DNA of 64,000 nt from Candidatus Magasanikiibacteriota bacterium (GCA_963802255.1 CAWDHY010000001.1:555842-619841), one strand, 5' to 3'. Shown: positions 29,582 to 39,653, numbered from the stretch's first letter. Program-made: numbers and translations. Notes: a model not told the origin generated them from the sequence alone.

Positions 29582-30889
29582 TTACTCATTAATTATTTTT
29601 ATATCAGCTCCGGCGCGGTTTAAAGTTTCATAAAAATCTTCATAACCGCGATCAATCATATAAGTATTTCGTAAAATTGATTTGCCTTTAGCCGCCATCA
29701 TGCCGAGCAATAAAACAACGGCAACTCTCAATATCGGCGGACAAATAGCTTCGTTCGATTTATATTCAGTCGGCCCCTCAATCCATACGCGGTGCGGGTC
29801 AAGCAAGGTTATTTTTAAGCCTAACTTTTGCATTTCCAAGTAGCTCACCGCCCTATTTTCATATGGCCAATCATGAAGAAGCGTACGGCCCTTGGCTCCA
29901 GCGACCACAGGTACGAATAACGGCAGATTATCTATATTTAATCCCGGATAAGGCCGGCATTCAATTTTATCAGACAAAGATTTTAAATTTGAAGGAATTA
30001 TAGATAAATCCGCAACTTCGAATTTTCCATTCTTTGATTTGCGTAAATTTCTTATCTCATATTTTTGCCCCATCCTGCTTAATTTCTCAAGTTCAAGCTC
30101 TAAAAAATCAATCGGGCAATTTTCTACAACGATCGCCGAACCGGTCACAATCCCGGCGGCAATGTAAGTCATTGCGACAATTGGATCAGGCATAATCGGA
30201 TAATATCCGACTGAACTCAATTTTTTTACACCATCAATTTCTAGTGTTGTTGAACCGATACCGCGAATTTTAGCGCCGGCTTTATTTAAAAAATGACAAA
30301 GGTCCTGCACCATATAATTTGCAGAGGCCATTTTTATAGTTGTTTTTCCTTTAGCCAATACAGCCGCCATTATGGTATTTTCAGTTGCTGTATCACCGGA
30401 CTCATACATCACGACTTTTCCAGCCATTAAAGGATGTTGGTTTTCAACCTCAAAATAATTTACCCGCGAGGTGATTTTTATGCCGAATTTTTCGAGCGCA
30501 TATATATGTGGCCTCACGGTACGTTCTCCAAGTTTGCACCCGCCCGATTTAAATAGTTTAAATTTCCTTTCCCTCGCCGCTAACGCGCCAAAAAGCAAAA
30601 GTGAAGATCGCGTCTTCTCCGAAGCATTTGAGTCTATTTTATCCATTTTTAAATTACCGGATGAATTGAGAAAATATTTTCCCGGACCAAGCTTTTCCAC
30701 TTTCACTCCAATGCTGATCAGCAGTTCAATAATACGATAAACTTCTTCAATTTCAGGCACATCAAAAAGTTTTACTTTGCCTTTTATCATTGCACAAGCG
30801 CAAAGAATAGCCACTGCTGAATTCTTTGCCGTTTGATTTATAATAGTTCCTTTTAATTTTTTTCCGCCGTTTATCACCAAATACGACAT
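29582..30889 (-). CDS. murA: UDP-N-acetylglucosamine 1-carboxyvinyltransferase
   Basis: 435 aa. EPT-family fold with MurA N-terminal KLKGTIINQTAKNSAVAILCA. Confidence 0.85.
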   Translation of the reverse strand: MSYLVINGGKKLKGTIINQTAKNSAVAILCACAMIKGKVKLFDVPEIEEVYRIIELLISIGVKVEKLGPGKYFLNSSGNLKMDKIDSNASEKTRSSLLLFGALAARERKFKLFKSGGCKLGERTVRPHIYALEKFGIKITSRVNYFEVENQHPLMAGKVVMYESGDTATENTIMAAVLAKGKTTIKMASANYMVQDLCHFLNKAGAKIRGIGSTTLEIDGVKKLSSVGYYPIMPDPIVAMTYIAAGIVTGSAIVVENCPIDFLELELEKLSRMGQKYEIRNLRKSKNGKFEVADLSIIPSNLKSLSDKIECRPYPGLNIDNLPLFVPVVAGAKGRTLLHDWPYENRAVSYLEMQKLGLKITLLDPHRVWIEGPTEYKSNEAICPPILRVAVVLLLGMMAAKGKSILRNTYMIDRGYEDFYETLNRAGADIKIINE

Positions 30890-31046
30890 AAATGTAAAAA
30901 TTTTTGATATTTAATGTTTATTTTTTAGCCTGTAACGCTCGATTCGACTTATCTTGATCATAATTCATACGAGTGAGCATACTTTACTGAAGACGTTTTT
31001 TATTATAATATAGTCTACACCAACTATCACCATAAATCAATATCGC

Positions 31047-32396
31047 ATGGAGTACCCCGGGAGTAAAATAACCAAACCGGTCCGCAACACAATATTAGCT
31101 GTTTTTATAGCTCTTTTTTTTGTAATTTCACCGGCAATAATAATGTATACAAGCGGTTATAGATATGACCTGAAACGCGGCCTTTTACGCGAAACAGGTG
31201 CAATAAATATTGACATCGAACCAAGAAATTCCGACATTTATTTGAATGGCATAAAAATTAAACGCGCAATGCCTGCCCGACTAAACGATCTGGTTCCCGG
31301 AAAATACAATATTTTAATTACAGCGCCGGGATATTTTGATTGGCAAAAAGAAATTGAAGTAAAAAATAAACAAACCGTTTACATTAAAGAAGTGTCCATA
31401 TTGAAAAAAAATGAACCTGAATATATAACTGACGGTACAATCCGCAACTTGTCTCTTTCTTACGACGGAGCGTATCTTGCCTATATCAGGCAAGCTGTCG
31501 ACGGGGAAGAAATATGCGTAAGAAATATTGCCAACCAATCCGAAGAAATTTTGTATAAATTTCCCGCCAATAAAAGTGCCACTTATGTTTGGGCCCCGGG
31601 AAGCGACCATATGGCCATAAGCAACGCCGAAGCGCCGTACGACACACTGATAATAGTAAACACTAAAAATATTGATAAAAAAATGGATGTAATGGCTGTA
31701 ACAAAATATCCCATAGATAAATACATGTGGAAAGAATCGTCAAATGCTGAACTGTATTTTGGCACAAAACTTCGGTTAATGTCTGTTTTACCGGAAACCG
31801 AACAAAAATTTATACTTAGCAAAACCAACTGGATTGATTGGTATATGGAAAATGGTCAGCTCTGGACAATACAAAGATCTACTTCAACATCTCAAATCTC
31901 AATAATTCGTGATGCTCTCGGGTTTAGCTCAGTCTTTGCCGGAGAAACTATTTTTTCGGCCACCGAACAAAATTTAAATATATTAGCGGGTAAAGATAAC
32001 CAGGTGTTATTAAAGAATGACGGAAAGCCAGAAATGATTTTGGTGACAAAAGACACCAAATATAATTTTTCAGGTGAAAAATTTTTCATTTCAAAATTTA
32101 ACGACTGGTGGTTATTTTGGACACCCTGGGAAATATGGACCTACTTAAAAGGCGAAGAGCCGAATTTGCTGAATCGTTCCGGCGAAGGATTGCGCAATGT
32201 GCTGACATTGGATCAATATAATACTCTAGCTCTAATCTGGGACAATAAATCAACGGCTCTTTATCCTTATTACCTGGTGACTCATGATTTAACGAATGCC
32301 AGTGTAAATTCAGGGACTGCTGATATTAAAAACCGCGTATTTTATTTTTCAGCTAAGGTCGGCGAACGGGAAGGGCTTTGGAAGTTAAATTATTAA
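31047..32396 (+). CDS. PEGA-domain protein with C-terminal beta-propeller-like region, membrane-anchored
   Basis: N-terminal TM. PEGA motif region INIDIEPRNSDIYLNG...PGKYNILITAPGYFDWQKEIEV. The remainder is Trp/Tyr-rich and beta-rich. Confidence 0.5.
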   Translation: MEYPGSKITKPVRNTILAVFIALFFVISPAIIMYTSGYRYDLKRGLLRETGAINIDIEPRNSDIYLNGIKIKRAMPARLNDLVPGKYNILITAPGYFDWQKEIEVKNKQTVYIKEVSILKKNEPEYITDGTIRNLSLSYDGAYLAYIRQAVDGEEICVRNIANQSEEILYKFPANKSATYVWAPGSDHMAISNAEAPYDTLIIVNTKNIDKKMDVMAVTKYPIDKYMWKESSNAELYFGTKLRLMSVLPETEQKFILSKTNWIDWYMENGQLWTIQRSTSTSQISIIRDALGFSSVFAGETIFSATEQNLNILAGKDNQVLLKNDGKPEMILVTKDTKYNFSGEKFFISKFNDWWLFWTPWEIWTYLKGEEPNLLNRSGEGLRNVLTLDQYNTLALIWDNKSTALYPYYLVTHDLTNASVNSGTADIKNRVFYFSAKVGEREGLWKLNY

Positions 32397-32409
32397 TTGA
32401 ATCTGATAA

Positions 32410-32823
32410 ATGAATATGAAACTTATTATTTTTTCCGACGGCGGGGCCAGGGGCAATCCCGGACCGGCGGCTACCGGGATTGTAATTAAAAATGAGACAG
32501 GAAAAATTGTAACATCATTTGGCGAGTATTTAGGCGAGCAAACCAATAATTACGCCGAATACTCTGCTTTAATAGCCGGACTCAAAAAAGCCAAAGAGCT
32601 CGGAGCAAATGATGTTGAATGCGTTTTGGATTCCGAACTTGTCGTCAAGCAAATGCAACGGGAGTACAAAGTGAAGGAACCGACTTTGCAAAAAAAATTT
32701 ATTGAAGCGTATAATGCCGCCATGCAATTTAAAAAAGTTGTCTTCCGGCATACTTTGCGCGAAGGCAACAAAGAGGCTGATGCAATACTAAACAAAATTT
32801 TAGACGAAATGAAAATAAAATGA
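32410..32823 (+). CDS. rnhA: Ribonuclease HI
   Basis: 137 aa. DGGARGNPGPAATGIVI...YAEYSALIAGLKKA...D has the RNase H type-1 catalytic DEDD arrangement. Confidence 0.8.
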   Translation: MNMKLIIFSDGGARGNPGPAATGIVIKNETGKIVTSFGEYLGEQTNNYAEYSALIAGLKKAKELGANDVECVLDSELVVKQMQREYKVKEPTLQKKFIEAYNAAMQFKKVVFRHTLREGNKEADAILNKILDEMKIK

Positions 32824-32830
32824 TTTATTA

Positions 32831-32856
32831 AAAAACGAGCCTAGAGCTCGTTTTTT
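32831..32856. terminator. Bidirectional terminator shared by rnhA (+) and dnaJ (-)
   Basis: Hairpin ACGAGC-ctaga-GCTCGT with the dnaJ stop codon in the loop. A-run on one side, T-run on the other. Confidence 0.6.
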
Positions 32857-33938
32857 AATTCTTCCAACAACTGTTTTGTTTTTTTACTGATTTTTTTTGG
32901 TACTCGTATTTTCACGCGAACATAATGGTCTCCCCTGCCCGACCGGCCCAGATGAATAATTCCACGCCCTTTAAGACGAATTAACTGACCTGACTCGGTT
33001 CCCTCAGGTACAATCACAGTCAAGTCGCCATCCAAAGTTGGTACCTGAATTTTATCGCCGAGCGCGGCTTGAGTAAAATTTATTTCGGATTCCGTGTAAA
33101 CATCAAAATTTTCGCGATGAAAAAGTTTTTGTGGTTTAATATGAACGCGAACATACAAGTCTCCGGCCGGCGCGCCATGTGGAGCGGCTTCACCATGTCC
33201 TGACAAACGAATTGCCTCACCGTCGTCAATGCCGGCAGGTATTTTAACTTTAATTGCCGATGTCTTTGACAAAACGCCATCACCTCCGCAATGTTTGCAT
33301 TTTGCCGACGGTTTCTGCCCACGCCCGTGGCATTCCGGACATGTCGTAACCGTTTGCATTACGCCTAAAAATGTTCTCTGCTGTTGTACAACTTGTCCTT
33401 GACCACGGCAAGCCGAACAAGTATCCATCTTGCTACCCGGTTCCGAACCGCTACCATGACAAACATCACATTTTGACTGCTTACGCAAAGAAATTTCTTT
33501 TTCAATACCAAATGCCGCTTCTTTAAAATCTAATTCCGCATCAACCTGAATATCACGGCCGCGGCCTTGTCCTCTTCCGCCGCCGAATGATGACCCGCCC
33601 TGAGATGAAAAACCGAAAATATCGCCAAATATATCTCCAAGGTCAATTCCGCCGGAAAAACCACTCTGTCCACCGCGCGCCGCGCGCATAAAATCATCCC
33701 AGCTGGCACCGCCAAAACCGCCCTGCTGTTCAAAATCAGCACCAAATTGATCGTATTTGGCTCTTTTTTCAGCGTTACCGACCACCTGAAAGGCTTCATT
33801 AATCTCTTTGAATTTTTTTTCATCTCCTCCCGGCCGGTCCGGATGATACTGCATGGCCAATTTTTTAAAGGCCTTTTTTATTTCATCCTGAGTCGCTGAT
33901 TTATCCACCCCAAGTAATTTATAATAATCCTTTGACAT
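32841..33938 (-). CDS. dnaJ: Chaperone DnaJ
   Basis: J-domain with HPD (YHPDR), a G/F-rich linker, four CxxCxGxG zinc-finger repeats and a C-terminal domain. Confidence 0.9.
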   Translation of the reverse strand: MSKDYYKLLGVDKSATQDEIKKAFKKLAMQYHPDRPGGDEKKFKEINEAFQVVGNAEKRAKYDQFGADFEQQGGFGGASWDDFMRAARGGQSGFSGGIDLGDIFGDIFGFSSQGGSSFGGGRGQGRGRDIQVDAELDFKEAAFGIEKEISLRKQSKCDVCHGSGSEPGSKMDTCSACRGQGQVVQQQRTFLGVMQTVTTCPECHGRGQKPSAKCKHCGGDGVLSKTSAIKVKIPAGIDDGEAIRLSGHGEAAPHGAPAGDLYVRVHIKPQKLFHRENFDVYTESEINFTQAALGDKIQVPTLDGDLTVIVPEGTESGQLIRLKGRGIIHLGRSGRGDHYVRVKIRVPKKISKKTKQLLEELKNEL

Positions 33939-33940
33939 AA

Positions 33941-35854
33941 TTATTTAACCACTTCTCCCTCAATCGGCCCTTGATCACCGCTTTTATCATCATCTGTTTT
34001 TTGACCGCTATTTTCTGAAGTTTGACCGGTACCGTCGGTTTTTTGTCCGGCAGAATACATTTTTACTCCGACTGCTTGTGCCGACTTTGACAAAGCGTCA
34101 CAGGCTTTTTTAATAGCCTCAACATCATCTTTATCTTTCACATCCTTAACCCATTTTAGCCCTTCATCAACATTTTTCTTTTCGTCATCAGTAATGGCAA
34201 CTTTCTTTTCTTCAACTTCTTTCATCATTTTTTCAGTCGTATAAATCATTGTATCAGCAATATTTTTTACTTCAATCAACTCCTGTTTTTTCTTGTCGTC
34301 AGTCGCATGTGCTTCCGCTTCCTTCTTCATTCTTTCCACTTCTTCTTTAGAAAGGCCGGAAGAAGCCTCGATGCGAATTGACTGTTCTTTATTAGTCGCC
34401 TTATCTTTTGCTTTGACATTCAAAATTCCATTTGCGTCAATATCAAATGTTACCTCAACTTGAGGTACACCGCGTGGAGCCGGTGGAATTCCATCAAGCA
34501 TGAAACGACCGAGAGTTTTATTGTCACCAACCATTGGCCTTTCTCCCTGCAAAACGTGAATTTCCACACCAGGCTGATTATCAGCCGCTGTGGAAAATAT
34601 TTGCGTTTTCGAAGTCGGTATGGTCGTGTTCCGATCAATAAGTTTGGTCATCACACCACCCAAAGTCTCCAGTCCGAGCGACAATGGAGTGACATCCAAT
34701 AATAGTATGTCTTTCACTTCACCCTTGAGCACGCCGCCTTGCACGCCGGCGCCAATTGCTACAACCTCATCAGGATTCACTGTAATATTTGGCTTTTTTC
34801 CAAAAAACTTTTCAACAACAGATAAAACTAACGGCATACGGGTCATTCCGCCAACTAAAACTATTTCTTCTATATCAGAGGCCTTTAATTTAGAGTCTTC
34901 AAGCGCTTTACGAACCGGTTCCAATGTTTTATCAACCAAATCACCGACTAATTCTTCGAGTTTTGACCGTGTCAGTTTCATCACTAAATGTTTTGGCCCT
35001 GATGCGTCAGAAGTGATAAACGGCTGATTAATCTCACTTTCCTGAGCTGTGGATAACTCAATTTTCGCTTTTTCAGCCGCTTCCTTAATACGTTGTAAAG
35101 CTAAATTGTCCTGGCTCAAATCAATGCCTTGTTCCTTTTTGAATTCATCGATAATCCAGTTAATCAGGACCTGGTCAAAATCATCACCGCCTAAATGAGT
35201 ATCTCCGTTGGTTGAAAGAACTTGTACATTATCAGGAGCAACTTCAAGAATGGAAATATCAAAAGTGCCGCCGCCCAAATCATACACTGCAATCTGCTGA
35301 TTTGTCTTTTTGTCAAAACCATAAGCTAACGCCGCCGCAGTCGGCTCGTTAATTACACGAAGCACGTTCAAGCCGGCAATTTCACCGGCATCTTTTGTCG
35401 CTTTTCGCTGGGAATCGTCAAAGTATGCCGGAACAGTAATAACGGCATCCGTAATTTTTTCGCCGATTCGTTCTTCAGCGTCCGCTTTCATTTTTCCCAA
35501 TATCATGGCTGAGATTTCCTGAGGAGAATATTCTTTTCCCTGCATCAGCACCTTTACACCTTCGCCGGCCTGCACAATTTTAAAAGGCATTAATTTCAAG
35601 TCTCTCTGAACTTCTGCGTCATCCCATCTTCGGCCAATCAGACGCTTAATTGAATACAGCGTATTTTCAGGATTGGTTACAGCCTGACGCTTTGCTAATT
35701 GTCCAACCAGCCGTTCGCCTGATTTTGAAATTGCCACAATCGACGGAGTGGTCCGCGCCCCTTCCTTATTTTCCAATACTTTCGGCTGACCTCCCTCAAT
35801 AATCGCCATACATGAATTAGTTGTTCCGAGATCAATTCCAAGTACTTTAGACAT
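33941..35854 (-). CDS. dnaK: Chaperone DnaK (Hsp70)
   Basis: [13 protein letters not shown] and DLGGGTFD signatures. I prefer the start [10 protein letters not shown] at 35854; the track start 35893 would overlap the hsp20 3' end. Confidence 0.9.
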   Translation of the reverse strand: MSKVLGIDLGTTNSCMAIIEGGQPKVLENKEGARTTPSIVAISKSGERLVGQLAKRQAVTNPENTLYSIKRLIGRRWDDAEVQRDLKLMPFKIVQAGEGVKVLMQGKEYSPQEISAMILGKMKADAEERIGEKITDAVITVPAYFDDSQRKATKDAGEIAGLNVLRVINEPTAAALAYGFDKKTNQQIAVYDLGGGTFDISILEVAPDNVQVLSTNGDTHLGGDDFDQVLINWIIDEFKKEQGIDLSQDNLALQRIKEAAEKAKIELSTAQESEINQPFITSDASGPKHLVMKLTRSKLEELVGDLVDKTLEPVRKALEDSKLKASDIEEIVLVGGMTRMPLVLSVVEKFFGKKPNITVNPDEVVAIGAGVQGGVLKGEVKDILLLDVTPLSLGLETLGGVMTKLIDRNTTIPTSKTQIFSTAADNQPGVEIHVLQGERPMVGDNKTLGRFMLDGIPPAPRGVPQVEVTFDIDANGILNVKAKDKATNKEQSIRIEASSGLSKEEVERMKKEAEAHATDDKKKQELIEVKNIADTMIYTTEKMMKEVEEKKVAITDDEKKNVDEGLKWVKDVKDKDDVEAIKKACDALSKSAQAVGVKMYSAGQKTDGTGQTSENSGQKTDDDKSGDQGPIEGEVVK

Positions 35855-35867
35855 AAAAAATTTTGAT

Positions 35868-36293
35868 TTATTTTTTAACAACTTTAACATCAACTTTTTT
35901 TGTTTTGGTTGATAGAGCTTTCGGGCATGTAATTTTTAATACTCCGTTCTTAAATTCAGCCGAAACCTTATCTTCTAAAACCGGTGCCGGTAAGGCAAGA
36001 ACCCGATAAAATGAGCCGCTTCGTACTTCTTTCCGGTAATAATTTTTTTCCTCAACCTCATGCTCTTTTTTTGTTTCTCCCTTAAGCGTCAGCACGCCTT
36101 TTTCCACACTCACGGAGACATCCTCCGGCCGCATGCCGGCAAGTGGTGCTTCTACCACGACGGTCTTCTCATCTTCGTATATATCCACCGGCGGCACAAA
36201 AGCTTTTAACGACGGATTTACTGCCGGCAGGCGCATCGTATCGTCAAACTCGGCAAAAGGGTCCCAAATTGGAGACCAACGGATTAATGACAT
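35868..36293 (-). CDS. Hsp20/alpha-crystallin-family small heat shock protein
   Basis: 141 aa with an alpha-crystallin domain (...[13 protein letters not shown]...VLKITCPK). Confidence 0.8.
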   Translation of the reverse strand: MSLIRWSPIWDPFAEFDDTMRLPAVNPSLKAFVPPVDIYEDEKTVVVEAPLAGMRPEDVSVSVEKGVLTLKGETKKEHEVEEKNYYRKEVRSGSFYRVLALPAPVLEDKVSAEFKNGVLKITCPKALSTKTKKVDVKVVKK

Positions 36294-36351
36294 AAAATTT
36301 CTCCGATTATTCCATAGCCGGATGGTTATGGAATAAATAAAATATTAAAAT

Positions 36352-37236
36352 TTATTTTCCCACCAAAACCCTCGCCGCTTTGATCACCCTATCACCCATT
36401 TTGAAACCGGCAGATATTTCTTTTGTTATTTTATCTCCTTTTTCACCGGACACCTCTTCGTAGCCAACCGCTTCATGTAACCTCGGGTCAAATTTTTCCC
36501 CTACGGTTTTTATTTCTTCCACATTATGGGCTTTAAATATATCGGCAAACTGTTTTAGCACGTGTCTAACTCCATCCAACCATGCATTATTCTCTCCTAC
36601 TGTCTGATCATTATTAATAGCCAATTTTAAATGCTCATATACCGGAATAAACTCTTCCAAAATTTGCTGTTCGCTCATTTGCGCCCATTCTGCACGCCGT
36701 AAAACAATTTCTTTCTGCAAATTCTGATAATCAGCCAATGCTCTTTGCCAATTGATTTTTAATTCATCAACCTCATTAGACGCATTTTTATCCTCAAAAT
36801 GTTTAATATAAAAATTAATTGTTGCAGCGGTAAAGGAGTCAATTTTATATTTCTTATTTGTTAAAGCTTCCCGCGGATCCTCCCAAACCCATTCACTCAT
36901 TTCTCTGCTTATTTTTAGCTCACCACCGCACATATGAACAGCATAATCCAAAAAAATAAAATGAGCTTTGCGGTGAAACATTTTTGGTGCATTCGCTTCC
37001 TGAAAACCGATATATTCAACCTGGTCGACTTCTAACCCGGTCTCCTCTAAGATTTCGCGCTTAACAGTGTCTTCACAAGATTCACCGAGCTCAACATGCC
37101 CGCCGGGAATATGCCAGCGTTCACCCCACTTGGACGAACGTATTAGAAGCACTTTTCCCTCATCATTATATATTAGCGCGCCGACAGTCGGCTCCGGATA
37201 TGTTTGTTTCCATTCTGGATTATATTCAGCAGGCAT
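36352..37236 (-). CDS. grpE: Nudix hydrolase domain fused to nucleotide exchange factor GrpE
   Basis: N-terminus has a perfect Nudix box G-x5-E-x7-REUxEExGU: GHVELGESCEDTVKREILEETGL. C-terminus is GrpE-like with a coiled coil and the beta-sheet domain: KFDPRLHEAVGYEE...GDRVIKAARVLV. It sits in the grpE slot of hrcA-grpE-dnaK-dnaJ. Confidence 0.75.
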   Translation of the reverse strand: MPAEYNPEWKQTYPEPTVGALIYNDEGKVLLIRSSKWGERWHIPGGHVELGESCEDTVKREILEETGLEVDQVEYIGFQEANAPKMFHRKAHFIFLDYAVHMCGGELKISREMSEWVWEDPREALTNKKYKIDSFTAATINFYIKHFEDKNASNEVDELKINWQRALADYQNLQKEIVLRRAEWAQMSEQQILEEFIPVYEHLKLAINNDQTVGENNAWLDGVRHVLKQFADIFKAHNVEEIKTVGEKFDPRLHEAVGYEEVSGEKGDKITKEISAGFKMGDRVIKAARVLVGK

Positions 37237-37240
37237 AGTT

Positions 37241-37930
37241 TTATTTTATAAAATTATAGACGGCATTTATCACAGCCAGGTTTTTTTTATAATTCATGCG
37301 CGTTGGCCCTAAAATAATAAATAACCCATCTTTCGTTTTTCCTAAACGGCTCGCGACGACGCTTAAATAATTACCAAATGGGTGCTCGCTGCCGATAAAA
37401 ATACTGGGATCAGCCTTAACTTTACCGACAAATTTATCCAAACAATCTTCACACCGGTCAAACATCTTTGATGTGCTGATAACCATGTCCGTATTAACAA
37501 ATTCCGGTTTCTCAAATAAATTTGAAAAACCCGTGTAATAGACTTTATCCAGAGTAAACGCAACAATAATCGCCTCACGTGAAATATTTGCCGATTCTTT
37601 TGCCACCGCTTTACATGAGGATTCATATTCTTTATATCCTCTAAAAGCGCTTTCTATCCCTAAGAATTCTTTGTTTGTAATTTTAACTTTATCTTTTTGA
37701 AAGGCCTCCACATAAAAACGGTAGCCAAGCTCAGTGGGTATGCGGCCGGCTGAAGTATGCGGATGAGTTAGATATCCGGCTTCTTCTAGGGCGCGCAAGT
37801 CATTTCTGACTGTCGCTTCACTCCAGCCAATTTTTTCCTCATATGCCAAAAATTTTGAACCGACCGGCACAGCCGTTTCGATAAAATTTTCTATTACTAA
37901 GTTAAGCAGTTCTTTTTGGCGATTTTCCAT
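37241..37930 (-). CDS. hrcA: Heat-inducible transcription repressor HrcA (short form)
   Basis: N-terminal winged-helix region LLNLVIENFIETAVPVGSKFL...TVRNDLRALEEAGYLTHPHTSAGRIPT. It is immediately preceded by a CIRCE-like operator. At 229 aa it is shorter than canonical HrcA. Confidence 0.75.
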   Translation of the reverse strand: MENRQKELLNLVIENFIETAVPVGSKFLAYEEKIGWSEATVRNDLRALEEAGYLTHPHTSAGRIPTELGYRFYVEAFQKDKVKITNKEFLGIESAFRGYKEYESSCKAVAKESANISREAIIVAFTLDKVYYTGFSNLFEKPEFVNTDMVISTSKMFDRCEDCLDKFVGKVKADPSIFIGSEHPFGNYLSVVASRLGKTKDGLFIILGPTRMNYKKNLAVINAVYNFIK

Positions 37931-37973
37931 ATATGATTACAAGGAAGTAGTATGATTATCCGACACGCACGTA

Positions 37974-38000
37974 TTATCACTCTTCTACTTCGAGTGATAA
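37974..38000 (-). promoter_or_regulatory. CIRCE-like inverted repeat (HrcA operator variant)
   Basis: TTATCACTC-N9-GAGTGATAA, against the consensus TTAGCACTC-N9-GAGTGCTAA. It lies directly upstream of hrcA and overlaps the -10/TSS of the promoter below. Confidence 0.75.
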
Positions 38001-38027
38001 TATACCAGAGCCTATCCACAGTGTCAA
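37999..38027 (-). promoter_or_regulatory. Sigma70-type promoter of the hrcA-grpE-hsp20-dnaK-dnaJ operon
   Basis: On the minus strand: TTGACA, a 17-nt spacer, then TATATT, followed immediately by CIRCE. Confidence 0.65.
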
Positions 38028-38070
38028 CCCCGTTAAATGCCGACATTCTATTATAATTTATAATATAAAA

Positions 38071-38095
38071 GCGGCCTGAAGACCGGCCGCTTTTT
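38071..38095. terminator. Palindromic intrinsic terminator
   Basis: GCGGCC-tgaaga-CCGGCCGC followed by TTTTT, with a preceding A-run. It insulates the heat-shock promoter from upstream minus-strand transcription. Confidence 0.6.
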
Positions 38096-38128
38096 AGTAA
38101 AAACCCTCTCACAGCTTCGCTCCTAACC

Positions 38129-38260
38129 TCAGTTATCTATATCTTCACCGGATATTTTCTCGATAATAATGACCGCGACCCCCATAGCTATGATCAGAGT
38201 CAGAAAGAGCAACGAAAGACACTCACTTTTAGCAGAGTCTTTTGTCCGGAACATGTACAT
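38129..38260 (-). CDS. Small hydrophobic peptide (43 aa) with its own promoter and strong RBS
   Basis: MYMFRTKDSAKSECLSLLFLTLIIAMGVAVIIIEKISGEDIDN. It is preceded by AAAGGAGGGGTG-C-ATG. Below the 60-aa ORF-track cutoff. Confidence 0.4.
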   Translation of the reverse strand: MYMFRTKDSAKSECLSLLFLTLIIAMGVAVIIIEKISGEDIDN

Positions 38261-38295
38261 GCACCCCTCCTTTTGTAAATGGTTGCTTCGCAAAT

Positions 38296-38324
38296 ACTAT
38301 ATCAACAGCCACTATTCAAGTCAA
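38296..38324 (-). promoter_or_regulatory. Sigma70-type promoter for the small peptide gene
   Basis: On the minus strand: TTGACT, a 17-nt spacer, then TATAGT. Confidence 0.5.
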
Positions 38325-38348
38325 TAAAAAATCCACCATTTCTGGTGG
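38324..38348 (-). terminator. Intrinsic terminator after the SPFH-domain gene
   Basis: On the minus strand: CCACC-agaaat-GGTGG followed by ATTTTTTAT. Confidence 0.55.
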
Positions 38349-38356
38349 AATATTTT

Positions 38357-38935
38357 TTAATCCTTGCCGCTTATAATCTGTATCTCGCTAAGCAGCACAT
38401 TTTCAACATATATTCCGCGGGGATAAAAAATACTTTCCAACTCCTGCTTAAGCTGTTCTTCAACTTCGTCTCTTCGCGCGCCAACAATATCCTGATAATT
38501 AAATCTGGAAAAAACCATACGAATACGGCTGCGTATGGTAGGTCTGACAATTTTTTCAACAAAATCTTCACCAATCGTTTGCCAAATAAGCGGCACCTGG
38601 TGTACGTCAAGGCGTAACAATATCGTTCCCTCTGTTCCGATGCGCTTCCCGTCCATTGTAATCGCGGCGATCGGTATATCGCCGAGGGCTCTCGGCTGTT
38701 CTGAATTAAACTGGCGTGAAATACTATACTCTAATGTTTGAGTATTAAATAATTTTGCTTTCTGCCAAAAAGGTATTTTCAAATGCAAACCCGGTGTCAT
38801 CACTTTTTTTAAAACACCACGGCCTAAATCGTAAACACAAGCCACGTATCCGGGTGGAACATGAATAAAAAAACCCTTGAGGACATCCTCAACAACGAAG
38901 CTATACATTAATTTATCCAATGAATCTCCGGCCAT
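38357..38935 (-). CDS. SPFH/band-7 domain protein (no N-terminal TM)
   Basis: VPPGYVACVYDLGRGVLKKVMTPGLHLKIPFWQKAKLFNTQTLEY matches the SPFH core (..G..gVv..fG...pGlhf.iPf...v..v). Confidence 0.6.
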   Translation of the reverse strand: MAGDSLDKLMYSFVVEDVLKGFFIHVPPGYVACVYDLGRGVLKKVMTPGLHLKIPFWQKAKLFNTQTLEYSISRQFNSEQPRALGDIPIAAITMDGKRIGTEGTILLRLDVHQVPLIWQTIGEDFVEKIVRPTIRSRIRMVFSRFNYQDIVGARRDEVEEQLKQELESIFYPRGIYVENVLLSEIQIISGKD

Positions 38936-38936
38936 A

Positions 38937-39653
38937 TTAAGTCTTTGTTACGGCAATTTCTGACCCTTTTGGCACGGGAAAAATGACCAATCGGGCAAGC
39001 GTCAATATATCAGAAAATACCATACTTGTCAAGATAAAGAGCGACTTAGCCATCGGCAAAAACCATAGCGCCGCAAACACAAAAAGTGGAAATAAAACGA
39101 GAAAAATCGCTTCTGATCTTTCCCATGATTTATCGGCAATTTTTTGAATGATAATTAAGATAAATAAATACATCGCTACTATCCCCGCCCACAATAAATC
39201 ATGCCTTTGCCCGATATTATGTCCAAAAAAATCATTATTAATAGCACCAGGAAAATTAACCGAATCGTAAAGCAGTTTTACCAAACGCTCTCCAAAAATA
39301 CCGCTTATAAACACCTGATAAAGTAATACTAATACCAATGCTTGGATACCGAGTACCAGCACTTTCGCCCATGGAGAAATCCTGTTCTTTTTCATTATTT
39401 TTCTATATTCTTCGTTTCTCGCAACAGCGTCATTTTTAAACATTTCAACCGCTTTTTTCGCTTCAAGCTCTACTCGCTGTTGGCGCATCGCGTCGCGCTG
39501 AGAAATTATAGACAGAGGCAAAAGCGCCGTTCGTAAAAAAACGGTAAGAATTATAACCGCCCAACCCATATTCTGGCCGGACAAATTGTTATAAATCCAA
39601 ACCAATGCATTTAAAAGCGGCTGGTATAAATAAGAAAACCAAAAATCAGGCAT
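38937..39653 (-). CDS. yidC: YidC/Oxa1-family membrane protein insertase (short form)
   Basis: LLNALVWIYNNLSGQNMGWAVIILTVFLRTALLPLSI is the YidC core TM2 signature (GxAIIxxTxxxRxxLxPL), followed by a coiled region and further TM helices. Confidence 0.7.
   Translation of the reverse strand: MPDFWFSYLYQPLLNALVWIYNNLSGQNMGWAVIILTVFLRTALLPLSIISQRDAMRQQRVELEAKKAVEMFKNDAVARNEEYRKIMKKNRISPWAKVLVLGIQALVLVLLYQVFISGIFGERLVKLLYDSVNFPGAINNDFFGHNIGQRHDLLWAGIVAMYLFILIIIQKIADKSWERSEAIFLVLFPLFVFAALWFLPMAKSLFILTSMVFSDILTLARLVIFPVPKGSEIAVTKT

Noticed and set aside
34450-35027. ORFs antisense or out of frame within dnaK (62-145 aa)
   Set aside because: They are nested in one of the most conserved genes in the window, with a low-complexity Ser/Thr-rich translation.
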